This document shows, one piece after another, positions 25,008 through 39,722 of a stretch of DNA of 64,000 bases; within the stretch, counting starts at the first letter, position 1; the number at the start of each line of letters is the position of its first letter. Source of the DNA: Octopus vulgaris (taxonomy: Eukaryota); contig OX597815.1 in NCBI GenBank assembly GCA_951406725.2, forward strand, positions 24,924,001-24,988,000. The letters are read 5' to 3'. A program made the translations under genes and the position numbers. The notes under the pieces are model-generated. The model was not told the origin of the DNA and did no database searches. It saw only the letters and a program-made list of their open reading frames with translations.

Positions 25008-25402
25008 TTAGCAGTATCGCCCGGCGTTGCTCGGGTTTGTTTCGACCCTTTAGAATTGAAATTTTTGAAAAGTAAAACTTTTGCATTATGTAGCTTGTTA
25101 TTCTCTGTAAGTGAACATTTTTCTGGTTGAAATACACCGAAAAATGGCGACACAGCAGTCAAAAAATCGTAAAAAAATAAGGATTTTCATAGAAAAAAAG
25201 TACCTTTTTGATGTAAATAACTTTTGGTGTTAACATGGTCCGATTTGATTTTTTTCTTCTACAGAAGGAAGAGCAAGCCTTCTTCTATCATACTCTCAAT
25301 TTTGGTCAACTTGCGCCGCAGGGTCTTGGAGGAGATATTGTTAGTTGAAGTCTACCAAACCTGCCATACAGAGACAACTTCAGCTTTATATATATAGAGA
25401 GA
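25008..25402 (-). mobile_element. Non-autonomous Helitron, 395 bp
   Basis: Element strand starts A|TCTCTCTATATATATAAAGCTGAAG and ends with hairpin cccgagcaacgccggg then CTAA|T; inserted between A and T with no TSD. Confidence 0.85.
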
Positions 25403-25821
25403 TTATTATTATTCTGTAATTATTTTGTGTAAGATTATTTTTATGTGCAGTCGGTTTCGTTTTATGTTTAGTATGCATTTCCATAAGATTTGTTTTATTC
25501 TTATTTTGGAATCTAGTTATTGTTCATTATAAATCTCCGTACATTTACAAATTTGTTTGCAGTGATATTTCCCTCACTTCTTTCCCATAACTTATACATC
25601 ACTTTCATGAAACTCATGTATTGATATGTAATAGGCATTTAACACTCTAATGTGATGTTCATTAATCCAGCGTTCTGCTTTAATCTTGCTTTTATTCTGG
25701 GTGCTAACAGTAAGAGACAATTCTTTCTGATTATGGTTAACCTTTTCCGAGGACGCAACTGTAGAACCATGTGTTCTTTATGTCATGGTCGCAATAAATT
25801 CAAGCTTTGAAATCCATAATA

Positions 25822-27090
25822 TTGGGTTGGCAACTAAGTTCCCGCCGTTTTTTTAAATTTGGGAATTTATTGCGTTTTTTAAATTTTGGAATCTATTTTT
25901 TCGAGAATTCTATTTTTGAATCATTTTGGAAGCTACTTTTGTTTTTTGGGGGGGTTTTTCTAGTTAATTTTAGTTAATTTTTATTTATTTTCAGATCATT
26001 AAAATGGAATGTCAAGTTAAAAAACAAAATGAGTATTTTCGACACCTTTTTGCTTTTAATCAAGGTTCTAAGGCCGCAAAAGCTGCTCGCAACATTTATG
26101 CTGTGTATGGAGAGGGTGCCATAACTAAAAATGCCGCTCGTGATTGGTATGCCAAGTTCAAAAATGGAAATGTTTACCTCTAAGACGCACCTCGTTCTGG
26201 CCGTCCAGTTGAGTTCGATGGATAGCGATTAAACCAACTTTTGCACGAAAATTCTCGTCAAACGACAAGGGAACTGGCAGAGAAAATGGAATGCTCCCAC
26301 ACTGCTATAGAGAAGCATCTTCACTCGATGGGAAAGGTTCAGAAGTATGGAGGGTGAGTTCTGCATGCTTTAAGTGACAACAACAAAAATCAACGAACCG
26401 CAACCTCCGCTGGTTTGCTTGCTCGTCACCGCTCAACTCATGAACACAAGCAACGATTTCTTTACCGAATCGTTACTGACGACGAAAAATGGTGCCTGTA
26501 CATCAAATATGAAGCAGCGTAATGAATGGCTCAGCCCCGGTAAACAAGCGACACCGCACGTGAAACAAGATCTTCATCTGCGTAAAACGATGTTGTGCGT
26601 ATGGGCAGGGATCATCCATTACGAATTGCTTGAACGAAACCAAACGGTCAACGCGGAACTCTATGTCCAACAGATGGAACGACTCAACACGGCTGTTCAA
26701 GGGGAAAGACCTAATCATCAGCAAGGAGTTCTGCTGCACGACAACGCCCGCCCTCATATCGCCAATACGACCAAGGAAGCCATTCAAACGCATGGCTGGG
26801 GAGTGGTGCCACACCCGCCGTAATCTCCTGATTTGGCACCTACGGATTTCCACCTCTTTCGATCTCAATCAAATGCTATGCGCGGAGTTTCGTTTAGTAC
26901 TGATGCAGAATTGAAAGCTTGGTTGGGTGATTTCTACCAACGAGGTATTGAAAATCTTGTTGAACGTTGGGAAGAAGTTGTAAACAACAAGGGTGAATAC
27001 ATCATTGATTAATTAGTTGTTATTTTTTATTAAACCTTTTAAAAAAATTAAATTAAAAAAAGAATGGCAGGAACTTAGTTGCCAACCCAA
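25822..27090 (+). mobile_element. Full-length mariner transposon (1269 bp)
   Basis: TIRs ttgggttggcaactaagttcccgccgtt / aatggcaggaacttagttgccaacccaa; TA on the left, TG on the right (mutated TA TSD). Confidence 0.95.
26004..27012 (+). pseudogene. Mariner DD34D transposase pseudogene
   Basis: MECQVKK... helix-turn-helix region, DAPRSGRP, G*VLHAL (WVPHEL), TDDEKW, LLHDNARPH, *SPDLAPTDFHLF, C-terminus GIENLVERWEEVVNNKGEYIID*; several stops and frameshifts. Confidence 0.93.
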
Positions 27091-27838
27091 TGTGTCCTGT
27101 CCTGGATGATAGTGTTTTGTTACTGACTGATATATCTCGGAACATTTCTTTCAAAACAGCTATGATTTTATCTTATTTCATTAAGTGTAGCTTATAGTCA
27201 TAATTTCGTTTTGTTTTGCTGTGATTTTCTCAAGCGTTTATCTATTCTTTATTTATGTATGTGTTAGATGTATTTGTTTGTGTGCGCTATTTAAACAGTA
27301 TGTTTATTGTTTAAGAATCTCATGTGTCATACGTATAATATAATAACAAGTATCAGTTGTATATACTGGTGTCGTTCCGCTTTGTTTGGTTTTATATTTT
27401 AAATGTTCATTCTCTTTTGTTTTCTTTGTCTCTTGTATTGACCTTATTTCTTCATATGTATGCTATTTCAACAATATAAGTACATGCATGTAATAAGTGT
27501 CAGTAGCATGCATTGTGCTCCATGTAGTGCTACTGTCTTCTTAACTTAGGATTGACCTTATTAACTTAAGATTAGTTTCGGTGATATTATCAGATATATT
27601 TCATATTTTATGGAGAATTATGCTTACATTTCTGTATTGTTATTCTACTATTATCATGGACCGTCAGGGGCAGGAAGTGCCTTCTAATCAAAATATTAAT
27701 TCTTAAACAGTAATGTACCTCTAAAAGGAGTGGAGAATTATAGCATGCGCCCCACATGTCTTGTAACCTCTTTATATGGAACGTTTTGTACTGTGTGTGT
27801 GGGCCCTTGAGGTTAATAAAATACAGGATTATTATTAT

Positions 27839-28340
27839 TGAGTGAGGGTGCAGCGCATGCCATCAAAGTAACACCAGGTTACAAATGTACAAAGCCCAAT
27901 ATATTCATTTTGACTACCCGTCTGATAAGAGTACACTGAGTACATACCACACAACTATATATGTGCGATATGGTGATCCTATGTCAAAATAAACAGTGCA
28001 TGATTTTGCAGATGGGTTCCAGTTAGAATTTTCTTCAGATCGAGTACCCATCCCGCTCAAAAGGTTCCTGAATAAGGGTTGTTTAAGGATGTTGAACGAC
28101 ATACCCATGTTTCCAGAGGCGAATTATTCGAACCCCAAAGAATTCCTCTCAACATATGGCTATGATGCTCCCCCACTATTACTGCTCGTGATCAGAGAGG
28201 CACATATTGTCAGCCACCAACAGACATGCTCAACTGGTTAAGGTAAAACAATTGACAAGCAAATCTGCATTACTGAGCAGAATATTTGCTGTAGCCCATC
28301 TTTTATACCAAGATGGTATTGAGCAGAATATTTGCTGTTG
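27839..28340 (-). mobile_element. Non-coding interspersed repeat ending in (TAA)n, copy 1
   Basis: Colinear with 43237-43785 over about 470 bp; both start on + at ttattattgagtgag. Confidence 0.85.
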
Positions 28341-28499
28341 GTAATTAGCACTCTTTTGACATCGGCAAGATAATAAGTACCTGTCAAATGACAACTAGTC
28401 ACCTAGAGTCGACATAAAATAAAAGAATAAATAAAAATAACAACAAAAGTTTTGAGAATATAGATTAAAAATAGAAGAGATGTAGGGATATTGTCGAAT

Positions 28500-29060
28500 A
28501 CACATTGATTGGTGAATAATGTGGTTTTCGCCCAAGACGCAGCATAGCTGACCAAATATCCACACTGCGGCAGGTTTTCAAGAAATCGTGGTAATGTTGT
28601 CAAGTGATGTATGCTTGTTTTGTAGACCTCGAAAAGGCACACGACCACGTTCCACAGGACTTGGGAAAGGTTCTGCAGGTGTATGGGAACGATGAACAGC
28701 TTCTTGTTGCCATGGAGTCTCTATACGAATGTCATAGCATTTGTGTTCGGCTGAATGGTATTAAGTCGAAGTCATTCAATACAAGCGACCGAGATGGGGT
28801 TATTTTGATATCAAAGCGGTGCTCCGAATTTAGATATCACAGCTCCGATACTATGTGTATGTTGTAAGAATGTCGTGGAAAAGAATCGCTGGACAGGTCT
28901 TACCGACAAAACCAACCGGCAGGAGACTCAGGTGTAGGCTACGAGCAAAATGGTCGGATAATATCCATGAGCTCAGTCGGTCTCACTTAAGGATCCAGCC
29001 GGATCAACTGAGCCACTACGACCCTCTCAAGAATAACCGGGCAAGAAAGATGAGATTAAA
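28500..29060 (+). mobile_element. Decayed, internally deleted RTE-clade LINE fragment
   Basis: YACFVDLEKAHDHVP...LQVYG...LLVAMESLY...VRLNG.KS..F (RT) and VVRMSWKRIAGQVL..KPTGRR..R.RAKWSDNI (RTE C-terminus). Confidence 0.82.
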
Positions 29061-29099
29061 TTAGAGATTACAAGGACAAGAACTAGAGCGTGAGCTTTA

Positions 29100-31090
29100 T
29101 TGTTTAGTTCCGTTTCTTTATTTCATATATGATAGGTTTTCCTGGGATTTTTTAAGGAAACCACAAGGTTTTTTGTTTTTAATTTTAGCGCTCCAATTAC
29201 ACCTAGAATTGTTTCCTTTTTTAGGCGCCACATCCTGCTTATTTCAGTTTCAAGGTCTTAATACTTGGCAAGTTTATCATATTCCTTACCATTGACATAT
29301 ATTTGAGTTGGCAGCTCTGTTTTTTGGTGCCTTGTCTCGAATAATATCTGGGTTGTTGGTATTCATTGTGCGAACAGTATGTACTGTAAAATCTTAAAGG
29401 ATAATAATGCCGATACATTCGACAACTGTTTTAGGTTGGTATTCATACTAGCTTCCCGCATGTTCAGCATCGAAGCTTTTGCACAAAATCCAACGAATTT
29501 ATTGGCCAATTATGTCGTGTCTAGCTTTATTTTCGATTGCAGCCCAGGTTGGGCATCTAGATACGTTATGGTCAATTGTTTCATCATGGGCATCATGGAC
29601 TCTGCACTTGGAGGTTTTTTCTGTGTTATAGTGAAATTGTATCGATGAATAGGTCGCACGTTGTACGATGAAAATTTTAACGCCTCATGAAATAAATTTG
29701 AATTAAAAGCTTTGTGTTATTAATTGCTTCTTTCACGGTTCAGTTATTTCTGTTTCAATACGCAGTTTCAGATCAAGTCACTGCCTATCATTGATGCTAC
29801 CTTACTCATAGCTATTTTCAGAATCCACAAGCGAGGAACACTGCTAAAATACTTCTGGTAGTTATTCCATTCTATACTCATCTCTGTCTTGCTTCTCGTT
29901 CAGTCTTTGGTTAAAGCTTTAGTTAATCAATAATCGATCTTTACCAGATGAACCTTGCAGCATCATTCTACCCTTCTGGTGTTTAAGGTGATTTTTCTTC
30001 TCATTGTGTAGTCTCTGGATCCTTCATTTTTTTTATTATGGTTTTTCGGTATCATGTCCCTTTAAACATTTCAACCAGAGGTTTTTCATCTTATCCTTTC
30101 CAAGTGTCTTCCTATTGATGGGGGATGGTGCCTTTTTTGTGGCATCCAGGTTACTTCATGCATTGATATAGTCTAGATTGTTCAGCAGCTGCATTTGCTA
30201 TGTTGAACAATTTCAATACGCACTGTGAAGGTAATTCCTTTGCTTTGCGTATTTATTTCTCTCCAGAATTCTACTTCACTAGCTGCTAGTGTTATTGATT
30301 TCTATTTATTGCAAGCGACTTCTTGCTCAATTGTTTTGGGTTGGAGCCGAACCCTTTGCGTTGTCCAAAGAATCATTGTCGTTTTTATTATCAACATAAT
30401 CTTTGCGATTTGGCGATGATTTCTTGTTTCAGACATTCTTTTATTTCGAGTACCTCATTTTATATGTTATATTTTCGTAGTATTTGTCTTTCTTTTTCTC
30501 TTTCAGTTTTGTTTTTCCATTATTGATTTCATTTGTTTTCCTTTCTCTATAGCTGTGTTCCACGTTGTTTACTAAAGTTTTGATATTTCTATGTGAGTAG
30601 ATCTGAAAGAGTGCCCACCTTCTTTACTACTACTTTATATATTTTTCTTAAGTTATCGATGCTCGAGTGCTTTTTTATATACTTCAGATTCAAAGTATGT
30701 ATTACTCTTTTCATATTGAGCAGAATGATACGCTTTCATATTAAGTCTGCGATGAAAAGATTTGCAATGTTATGTCATCGTTGAACTCTGTTCTTGGGAA
30801 TTACTTCCGTTGGTCTATACGAATTTCTTCTGTCGATTTTAATTCTTTAATCATTTCTACTTTTAGATTATTTTCATGATTATCATTTCCTTATTTAGAT
30901 TTTTTTCTAACCGTAAATATTCTTCATTCCCTTTCGTCCGTATTTTTTAGTTTTATTTTCTTTATTCAGGTTTGTTGGTCAGTCGTTCCGTGAAGAGTCC
31001 TGATATGATTTTGAAAATTATATCAGTTTTGAAAATGTATCTCCTTAAGTTACTTTGTTTGATGGAATCCAACGTTACGTTTATTTCAGC
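29100..31090 (-). mobile_element. Older, decayed R4/Dong-like LINE
   Basis: Patchy similarity to 56541-60657 (e.g. ttagcgctccaattacacc = GVIGAL; aaacatttcaaccag; ttctctccagaattct); no open frame. Confidence 0.55.
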
Positions 31091-31239
31091 ATTAATAACC
31101 TTCCAGATATGCTCAAATACCCTCATCCTGTCGTGGTTGATACAATAAACTATTGCCAAATAATACTGCGGTCAATGTACTCGACTAACCTTAGTCCCCT
31201 AGCTAAATTGCAGCTCTTGTCTCTAAATTAGAAACAATA

Positions 31240-31578
31240 GACATAGGAGTGCTGTGTGGTAAGTAGCTTGCTTACCAACCACATGGTTCCGGGTTCAGTC
31301 CCACTGCGTGGCACCTTGGGCAAGTGTCTTCTACTATAGCTACGGGCCGATGTGTGTGTGTGTATGTTTGTGTGTCTATGTTTGTTCTCCCAACATTGCT
31401 CGACAACCGATACTGGTGTGTTTACATCCCCGTAACTTAGCGGTTCGGCAAAAGAGACCGATAGAATAAGTACTAGGCTTACAAAGAATAAGTCCTGAGG
31501 TCGATTTGCTCGACTAAAGGCGGTGCTCCAGCATGGCCACAGTCAAATGACTGAAACAAGTAAAAGAGTAAAAAAGAG
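31240..31578 (+). mobile_element. tRNA-derived SINE family 2 with CORE-like segment, internal (TG)n and LINE-like 3' tail
   Basis: gctgtgtggtaag (A-box-like), gggttcagtccc (B-box-like), accttgggcaagtg, tail ggcggtgctccagcatggccacagtcaaatgactgaaacaagtaaaagagtaaaa. Confidence 0.88.
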
Positions 31579-31912
31579 TAATTATTATCGTTGTTTCTTT
31601 CGATTCTACATTCTGAGTTCTGTCGAGGTCTGAATTTATATTCTATTACTTCGGGGTCGATAAAATAAAGTATCAAGAAAATACTGGGGATGGTACAGTT
31701 GATTATCTCCTTCTTCGCACAATTGCGGAAGAAACATATTGTAGTATTTCTTCCAGCTTTGTACATCCTGCGGTCAAATCCCACCTTGGTCAACTTTGCC
31801 TTTCATCATTTTGTGGGGTGGGAGATAAACAAAAAGGCTAGTGAAGTGGCTAGTATCGATTAAACTCCTTCCCCCAAAACTGCTGGCTTTGTACTCAAAT
31901 CATCATCATCAT

Positions 31913-32005
<93 letters not shown>

Positions 32006-32009
<4 letters not shown>

Positions 32010-32684
32010 TAGTTTTATTTTTATATCGTGCTTTCACTTCACTACCGAGCGCAGCTCTGTGTGCCTTGGGTATGTGCTGTGATTAGTTGTGATACTCTTA
32101 TAGTTACTGAATTGAAAGTGTTTTGCGTAGGATGTGTGCAGTGCCCAGTGGTGCAATGTTCTGCATGTTATATACATTTGTAAGTCCGGGTGTTTTTCTA
32201 TGTATTTGTCTGAATATTTTTTTTTATCATACCTAATGTTCCTACTATGATAGGAATTGTTTCAGTTCTTTGATTATTCTCATTTTTATAGTATCATAAT
32301 CATTAGGTATTCCCTTCGCTGTTTCCAGGTTTTAGATTTGTTTCGCCTTCCTTCTCATTCATATGTTTGTCTGTAGTGTTCTGGATTGGTACTTTTTGTA
32401 CATTATTATACATCCCTATGGTCTGGGATTGTTGTTTTTTGTTTATTTCGTTTTTGTTAGAAATGTTACGTCTGTCTTCGTGTTTTACTATCTCAGTGTT
32501 TATATTATTTGGCATTGTTGCGTGGCTTCTATCTACATTTTCCTGATGTATTTTCCCTTTTAAATGCTCTCTTTTTTTCTCTTTTTCTCTTTCTAGTTCT
32601 ATTTCTGATATTTTTTTTTGCGTTGAGAATATATCTTCGTATGTTAGCTAGTTTATTAGGGTTCATTGCTGTATCCAAGACTTT
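32006..32684 (-). mobile_element. Internally deleted R4/Dong-like LINE between (TTA)n arrays
   Basis: 32006-32270 matches the 3' end at 56541-56810; 32280-32684 matches 59635-60027. Confidence 0.88.
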
Positions 32685-32701
32685 ATTATTATTATTATAA
32701 A

Positions 32702-32783
<82 letters not shown>

Positions 32784-32784
32784 G

Positions 32785-32817
<33 letters not shown>

Positions 32818-32873
32818 TCATCATCATCATTGTCGTCGTCGTCGTCATCATCATCATCATCATCATCATATCA

Positions 32874-32940
<67 letters not shown>

Positions 32941-32976
32941 CATTATTATTATTATTATTATTATTACTATTATTAT

Positions 32977-34147
<1,171 letters not shown>

Positions 34148-35024
34148 ATTATTATATTTGGTGATATAAAAAAGTCCTCTTTTCATTCCCATTACCATAA
34201 TCACAACCGATATCATCATCATCTAATTATCATAGTTGTATTATTAGAATCGTTTTTATGATGACGGGCGTTTAATTGTTACAGTAAAACAACGGTGAAC
34301 CAAGTCTCCAGCCCGTTTCGATTCTTACCGAAAATATATGCACTACATCGCTTATGTCCTCGGTGACTCTCGAGTTATAAACTGTTAATTTCGTTGTCGT
34401 TATTGCTGCTTCTATTTCTTCTGCTGTTGATACTGGTTTACACGAACCTTACTCTAATGCTAAGAGTCCATAACACTCTGAATAATTTAGCGCTATATCA
34501 GTAAAGAAGCAGAAATAATTTTAAATCAATGCCATTCTATTAATATGATTATCCCCTTTCCTGTCACCGACTGATGAGGCGATGTTTCTGCACTCCAAGA
34601 TTTCGTTCCTTCTTAGAGTTTGATTTCTTAAGAGGCTTTTAATGGATGAGACGTATAAAGGGGTAAGACGTAGCTATCTTAAGTGATTGGAGTTTTAAAT
34701 TTATGGCAAGCATCCACCTTATAGTAGTATGCACCGTTGTAATTTAATAATTGCTAACAATTTAGAAGTTATCGCAGTCTGAGATTCAAAGCATTCTGAG
34801 CAAAATTACATGATTAATAATGATTAGAATCTAACTATCATTGCACTCTAAAATCTTTACAGTTCAACAGTCATTTCTGCCTCGCAAACATTGTCGTGTA
34901 GTCTCACAACCATATTTCTGAAGGTTTATAGAATAAGCCATGCATCAATTTACTCAAGCTATAATGTCGATAAGGAGGAGGAGACTTTCTTACATTCACA
35001 AGCCAATAATAATAAGAAGAAGAA

Positions 35025-35208
35025 GATTTTTTTCTATTATAGGCACAAGGCCTGAAATTTGAAGGGAGGTGGCTAGTCGATTACATTGACCCCCCCAGTG
35101 TTCAACTGGTACATATTTTATTGACCCCCGAAAGGATGAAAGGTTAAGTCGACCTCAACAGAATTTGAATTCAGAACGTAAAGTCGGACGAAATGTCGTT
35201 CAGCATTT
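35025..35208 (-). mobile_element. Family 1 SINE with tail B, 5'-truncated
   Basis: ataggcacaaggcctgaaattt...cccagtgttcaactggtac...gaaaggatgaaagg...gaatttgaattcagaacgt. Confidence 0.85.
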
Positions 35209-35217
35209 TGATGATGA

Positions 35218-35460
35218 TGAGGAGGAGGAGGTGGAGGAGGAGGTGGAGGAGGAGGTGGAGGAGGAGCAGGAGGAGGATGAGGAGGAGGATAAACTGGTCA
35301 TCCGATACCACGTGTACTAACGATTAATTAGTAGTGATAAAGAGGAGGAGAGTTAGGAGTACAATTTTAGCAGAGGGATGATGGTGGTGGTGGTGGTGGT
35401 GGTGGTGGTGGTGGTGGTGGTGGTGGTGGTGGTGGTGGTGGTGGTGGTGGTGGCGGCGGC
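35218..35460. repeat. (GGA)n and (GGT)n microsatellites
   Basis: Direct reading (about 35218-35290 and 35382-35452). Confidence 0.93.
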
Positions 35461-35946
35461 GAATTGAAAGGTGTACGCAAATTGAAACATGTATTGGCTC
35501 TGACCCATCGTAGTGGCTTATATGTTACAAACGAGGTGATTTTCGGAGTGTTGCCGTGTTGCATTAAATTTTTACCCCCGTGAAATAGTGACCCCAATAT
35601 TTTACATCAAAAATAATGTTTTACCATAAAAGCTTTGCTTTCTAGGTATGAAACTGTGGCCATATACATTTTATAACGTAATTTTGTTTTTTGTTAATAG
35701 GAAAAATGGAAAAGTAAGAGTGAACATTTATTCTATGAGTGCTGTGTATTATATATATAGAATTATGAATAAAGTATATAAAGTATATATATAAAGTGCA
35801 TTAAGTAATCATCGTATTCCAGTTTCCTTCACTTTTCAATGAATTGCAGATGAGCGACTATCTTTCGATAGAGACACAACACAGGGTTCGCTTTCAGGTT
35901 TTCTAAATAAAGGTTTTAGAAATAACCCAATAGGTTTACCATTAAA

Positions 35947-35974
35947 TCCGTGAAATATTCACGGGTCCCACTAG
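35947..35974 (+). mobile_element. Helitron-type 3' terminus (5' end not located)
   Basis: Hairpin ccgtgaa-ata-ttcacgg followed 6 nt later by CTAG|T. Confidence 0.55.
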
Positions 35975-36120
35975 TCAGTTATTAATACCGTATTGCTTGA
36001 TCAGTGTACAACCATTTTATCAACGTTTGACCGCTAGGTTATTCACAAGATTTCACTGCTATTCATTTTTAGCATTACAGACTGTATTATGAACCGTATT
36101 GGGTACTTTTGTCGGGATTA

Positions 36121-36345
36121 TGCGAGTGGTGGGGGGCTGAAAAGTTCATGGCTTTGAGAAAGTCGCGAAAGGCCTGGTTGGAGGTCCAGCTTTCCGATTT
36201 CTGTTACAAAGTTTAGAAAAACTGTGGGACCGCTGCAATAAGTGTGTGAATCTGAGCGGGGAATATATTGAATAAAATCATAATTAACTGATCTCCCTGT
36301 ATTTTCTTTTAACTAAAGCCAGGCATTTTCGAGCACGTCTTCGTA
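36121..36345 (+). mobile_element. Short mariner deletion derivative (MITE)
   Basis: Retains transposase C-terminus LEKLWDRCNKCVNLSGEYIE*; degenerate TIRs gctgaaaagttcatggcttt / aaagccaggcattttcgagc...tcgta. Confidence 0.75.
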
Positions 36346-36777
36346 AATACAAAAATGCAAATAAAATATCTAATAATTCTAACAGTGTTATGTCCACGCC
36401 ATAAAACAGTGATAATATGGCATTTTATCATCTATTGCCACGCGTAGCTACTCTTTGTCTTATTATACCGGTGAAACCGTTTATGATAGCACTCGAAACT
36501 TATGATTTTAGGTGCGAGGTAAATCAAGGTTCATGTTTGTTTTAATATTTATTTCATTCCGAGTGTTATTCTTTTTGCTTGTATAACAGAGTATAAGATT
36601 ACAATCTGCTAACGCATTGAACACACTTTTCTGTTGACATAAACGAAGATATGAAATAGGCGATGATATATCAGTACGCGCATACAAATATGTCTGTGTG
36701 TATGTGTATGTGTATGCATATATACATATATATGTATATACATACATGCATACATACATACATATATGTATGTATGT

Positions 36778-36839
<62 letters not shown>

Positions 36840-36880
36840 TACTCTACATGTACATATACACGCATTCTATATGCAAGCGT

Positions 36881-36911
<31 letters not shown>

Positions 36912-37109
36912 CACTTCTATATATATATAATACATACGTACACACACGCGCATATGTATATATATATATATATATATGCATATATATATATATATATGTG
37001 TGTGTGTATGTATGTATGTATGTATGTATGTATGTATGTATGTATGTATGTATGTATGTATGTATGTATGTATGTATGCATGCATATCTCTTCTATTTTT
37101 TAATTATTA

Positions 37110-37590
37110 TAAATCTTCCACTGAATAGGGAACTGGTTTCCAACAAAGATACAAGGCTCCATCTTTGAGATGTAGTTAACACAGACAAATTCAGATTTGG
37201 AACTTGAGAAAAGTCTTGCATATTTTTATTGTTCCATTCGCAGATTGCAGTTGTAATGTACAAATTAGCCGGTCGATTTCTCTTTCTGAAAATCCTAGTT
37301 TATCCAGATTCTCCTTTAAGCATTTACTAAAAAAACCTAGTGCTCCAATTATTACTGGTATGAATATCAATTCATAGTCTGGATATAGAAGCTGGAGGTT
37401 TCAAATCAGTTGCCCATAGATAGCCTCTTTTTCTTCGATTTTCAAAGAGATATTTATATCTGCAGGGCAGCTGACCTCTATGATGGTACATACCTTTGCC
37501 CCTCTGTCCAGAACAGCAATACCCGGTCTGTTATGTTTACATTTGATAGAAGTTTGGATGGGAATATTCCAGCAGTATTCCTTGAGTTGT
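37110..37590 (-). mobile_element. 3' fragment of a second R4-like LINE family (restriction-like endonuclease domain)
   Basis: WNIPIQTSIKCKHNRPGIAVLDR..KVCTIIEVSCPADINI..KIEEKE..YGQL; IPVIIGALG. Confidence 0.85.
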
Positions 37591-37633
37591 ATGTATGTAT
37601 GTATGTATGTATGTATGTATGTATGTATGTATG

Positions 37634-37664
<31 letters not shown>

Positions 37665-37906
37665 GTATGTATGTATGTATGTATGTATGTACGTACGTAT
37701 GTATGTATGTATGTATGTATGTATGTATGTATGTATGTATGTATGTATGTATATATGTATGTGCGTATGTGTGTATGCATGTATGTATGTGTGTATGTAT
37801 ATATGTATGTGTGTATGTATATATGTATGTGTGTATGTATATATGTGTGTATGTATGTATGTATGTATGTATGTATGTGTGTGCATGTATGCATGTATGT
37901 ATGTAT
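37589..37906. repeat. (TATG)n microsatellite
   Basis: Direct reading. Confidence 0.95.
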
Positions 37907-37909
37907 GTT

Positions 37910-38068
37910 TGTGGCACTCTATTCGGTTTCCATTTACTAAATCCCATTAACAAGGCATTGATTAACCCGAGGCTACAATAGAAGACATTTACCCATGGTG
38001 GTGGCTGCAGTGGATTGTCCGGGAATCACATGGTTGTAAAACCGATTCTTAACTACCCGGTCATGTCT
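37910..38068 (-). mobile_element. Diverged 5' half of a family 2 SINE
   Basis: cccgaggctacaatagaagacatttaccca...gcagtgga...cacatggttg is the reverse complement of the head at 31240. Confidence 0.7.
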
Positions 38069-38243
38069 GAAACATTGTAATATTGATTTCAAACATTGGC
38101 AGCACAAGACAACACGGTTTTCAATTAAATTACACCACAAGTACTAGATTGGTATCTTAAATTATCGACCCTGGGAGAATGACATGCAAAATTGACCTCA
38201 ACAGGAATTGAACACAAAACGTGGAATACCGTAACTAATTACC

Positions 38244-38474
38244 TATTTCTTTACTACCCACAAGGGGCTAAACACAGAGAGGACAAACAAGGACAGACAA
38301 ACGGATTAAGTCGATTATATCGACCCCAGTGCGTAACTGGTACTTAATTTATCGACCCCAAAAGGATGAAAGGCAAAGTCGACCTCGGCGGAATTTGAAC
38401 TCAGAACGGAGCGGCAGACGAAATTTTGTTAAGCATTTCGCCCGGCGTGCTAACGTTTCTGCCAGCTCGCCGCC
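38244..38474 (-). mobile_element. Full-length family 1 tail A SINE nested in an older related SINE (about 38150-38535)
   Basis: TSD ccgtaactaattacc (38229-38243) / ccgtaactaaatacc (38474-38488); host core on the left, host head on the right. Confidence 0.92.
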
Positions 38475-38765
38475 CGTAACTAAATACCGCTGCCTATTTG
38501 TCTGATGCCCTAACGGTTATGCCAATCCATCGCCCTGAAACATTGAAGTATTAAATAATTTCGGACTTGAAGCATAAATGTCTAATTGAAGCATAAAAAT
38601 ATTTCAATCACTCCAACCAGTCATGCCTTTACGATATATTACTCTACACTTCTCATTTTTGCCTTTCTTAATATTTCACTAATGTATCACACTACACTTC
38701 ACACTGCTCTTCTACATTAGACTAAATCGAATTACTCAATGCATACACGCTCAACACACCCTTCA

Positions 38766-38815
<50 letters not shown>

Positions 38816-39292
38816 CTTCTCGTTTTCATTGAAACATACAAAATACATCTAAAGGCTGTCCCACATCAGTGTTTTCTGCATATATCTTTACTTCATAAAA
38901 CTATTTACAACAACAGCAACAACAATATCAATAAAGCCAAATGACTAATCCAAAGGTCAAGATATAATTCATATCTCCCTTCTCTGCTATCACACCCTCC
39001 ATCGCTCCATATCCCCATATCCCCATCTCTCCTTTCTCTCCATTTTTCCTTCCCTCTTCAAGCACCATACACGCATTACTTGCCTTGCTCATTTCCATTC
39101 ACACGGCATCAGATAATCATGCGCAGTTTCTGTCTGTGCTTTACTACAGAATCGCCAGCTACTTGTCTTTTTATGAATGCTACGTAATGCAGACATTTCG
39201 GTCCATTCTTCTAGCTTTTAAATATGCCAGGCCATATGTGAAGAAAAGACGAGCTTATAAAAATAAAATTGCAGGGACTTGTGTTTAAAAGG

Positions 39293-39339
39293 ATTATTAT
39301 TATCATCATCATCATTATTATTATTATTATTATTATTAC

Positions 39340-39388
<49 letters not shown>

Positions 39389-39508
39389 ATTATTATATCG
39401 TCTTCGTGTCCGTTATCATTGCCATCATCATCATCGTCATCATCATTATCGTCATCATCATCGTCATCATCATCGTCATCATCATCGTCATCATCGTCAT
39501 CATCATCG

Positions 39509-39540
<32 letters not shown>

Positions 39541-39661
39541 GTCATCATCATCGTCATCATCATCATCATCATCATCATCATCGTCATCGTCATCATCATC
39601 ATCGTCATCGTCGTCGTCGTCATCATCATCATCATCATCATTATCGTCATCATCATCATCG

Positions 39662-39722
<61 letters not shown>
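39293..39722. repeat. (ATT)n and (CAT)n/(CGT)n microsatellites
   Basis: Direct reading. Confidence 0.96.

Noticed and set aside
34575-34610. CTGATGA hammerhead half
   Set aside because: No stem II or GAAA partner.
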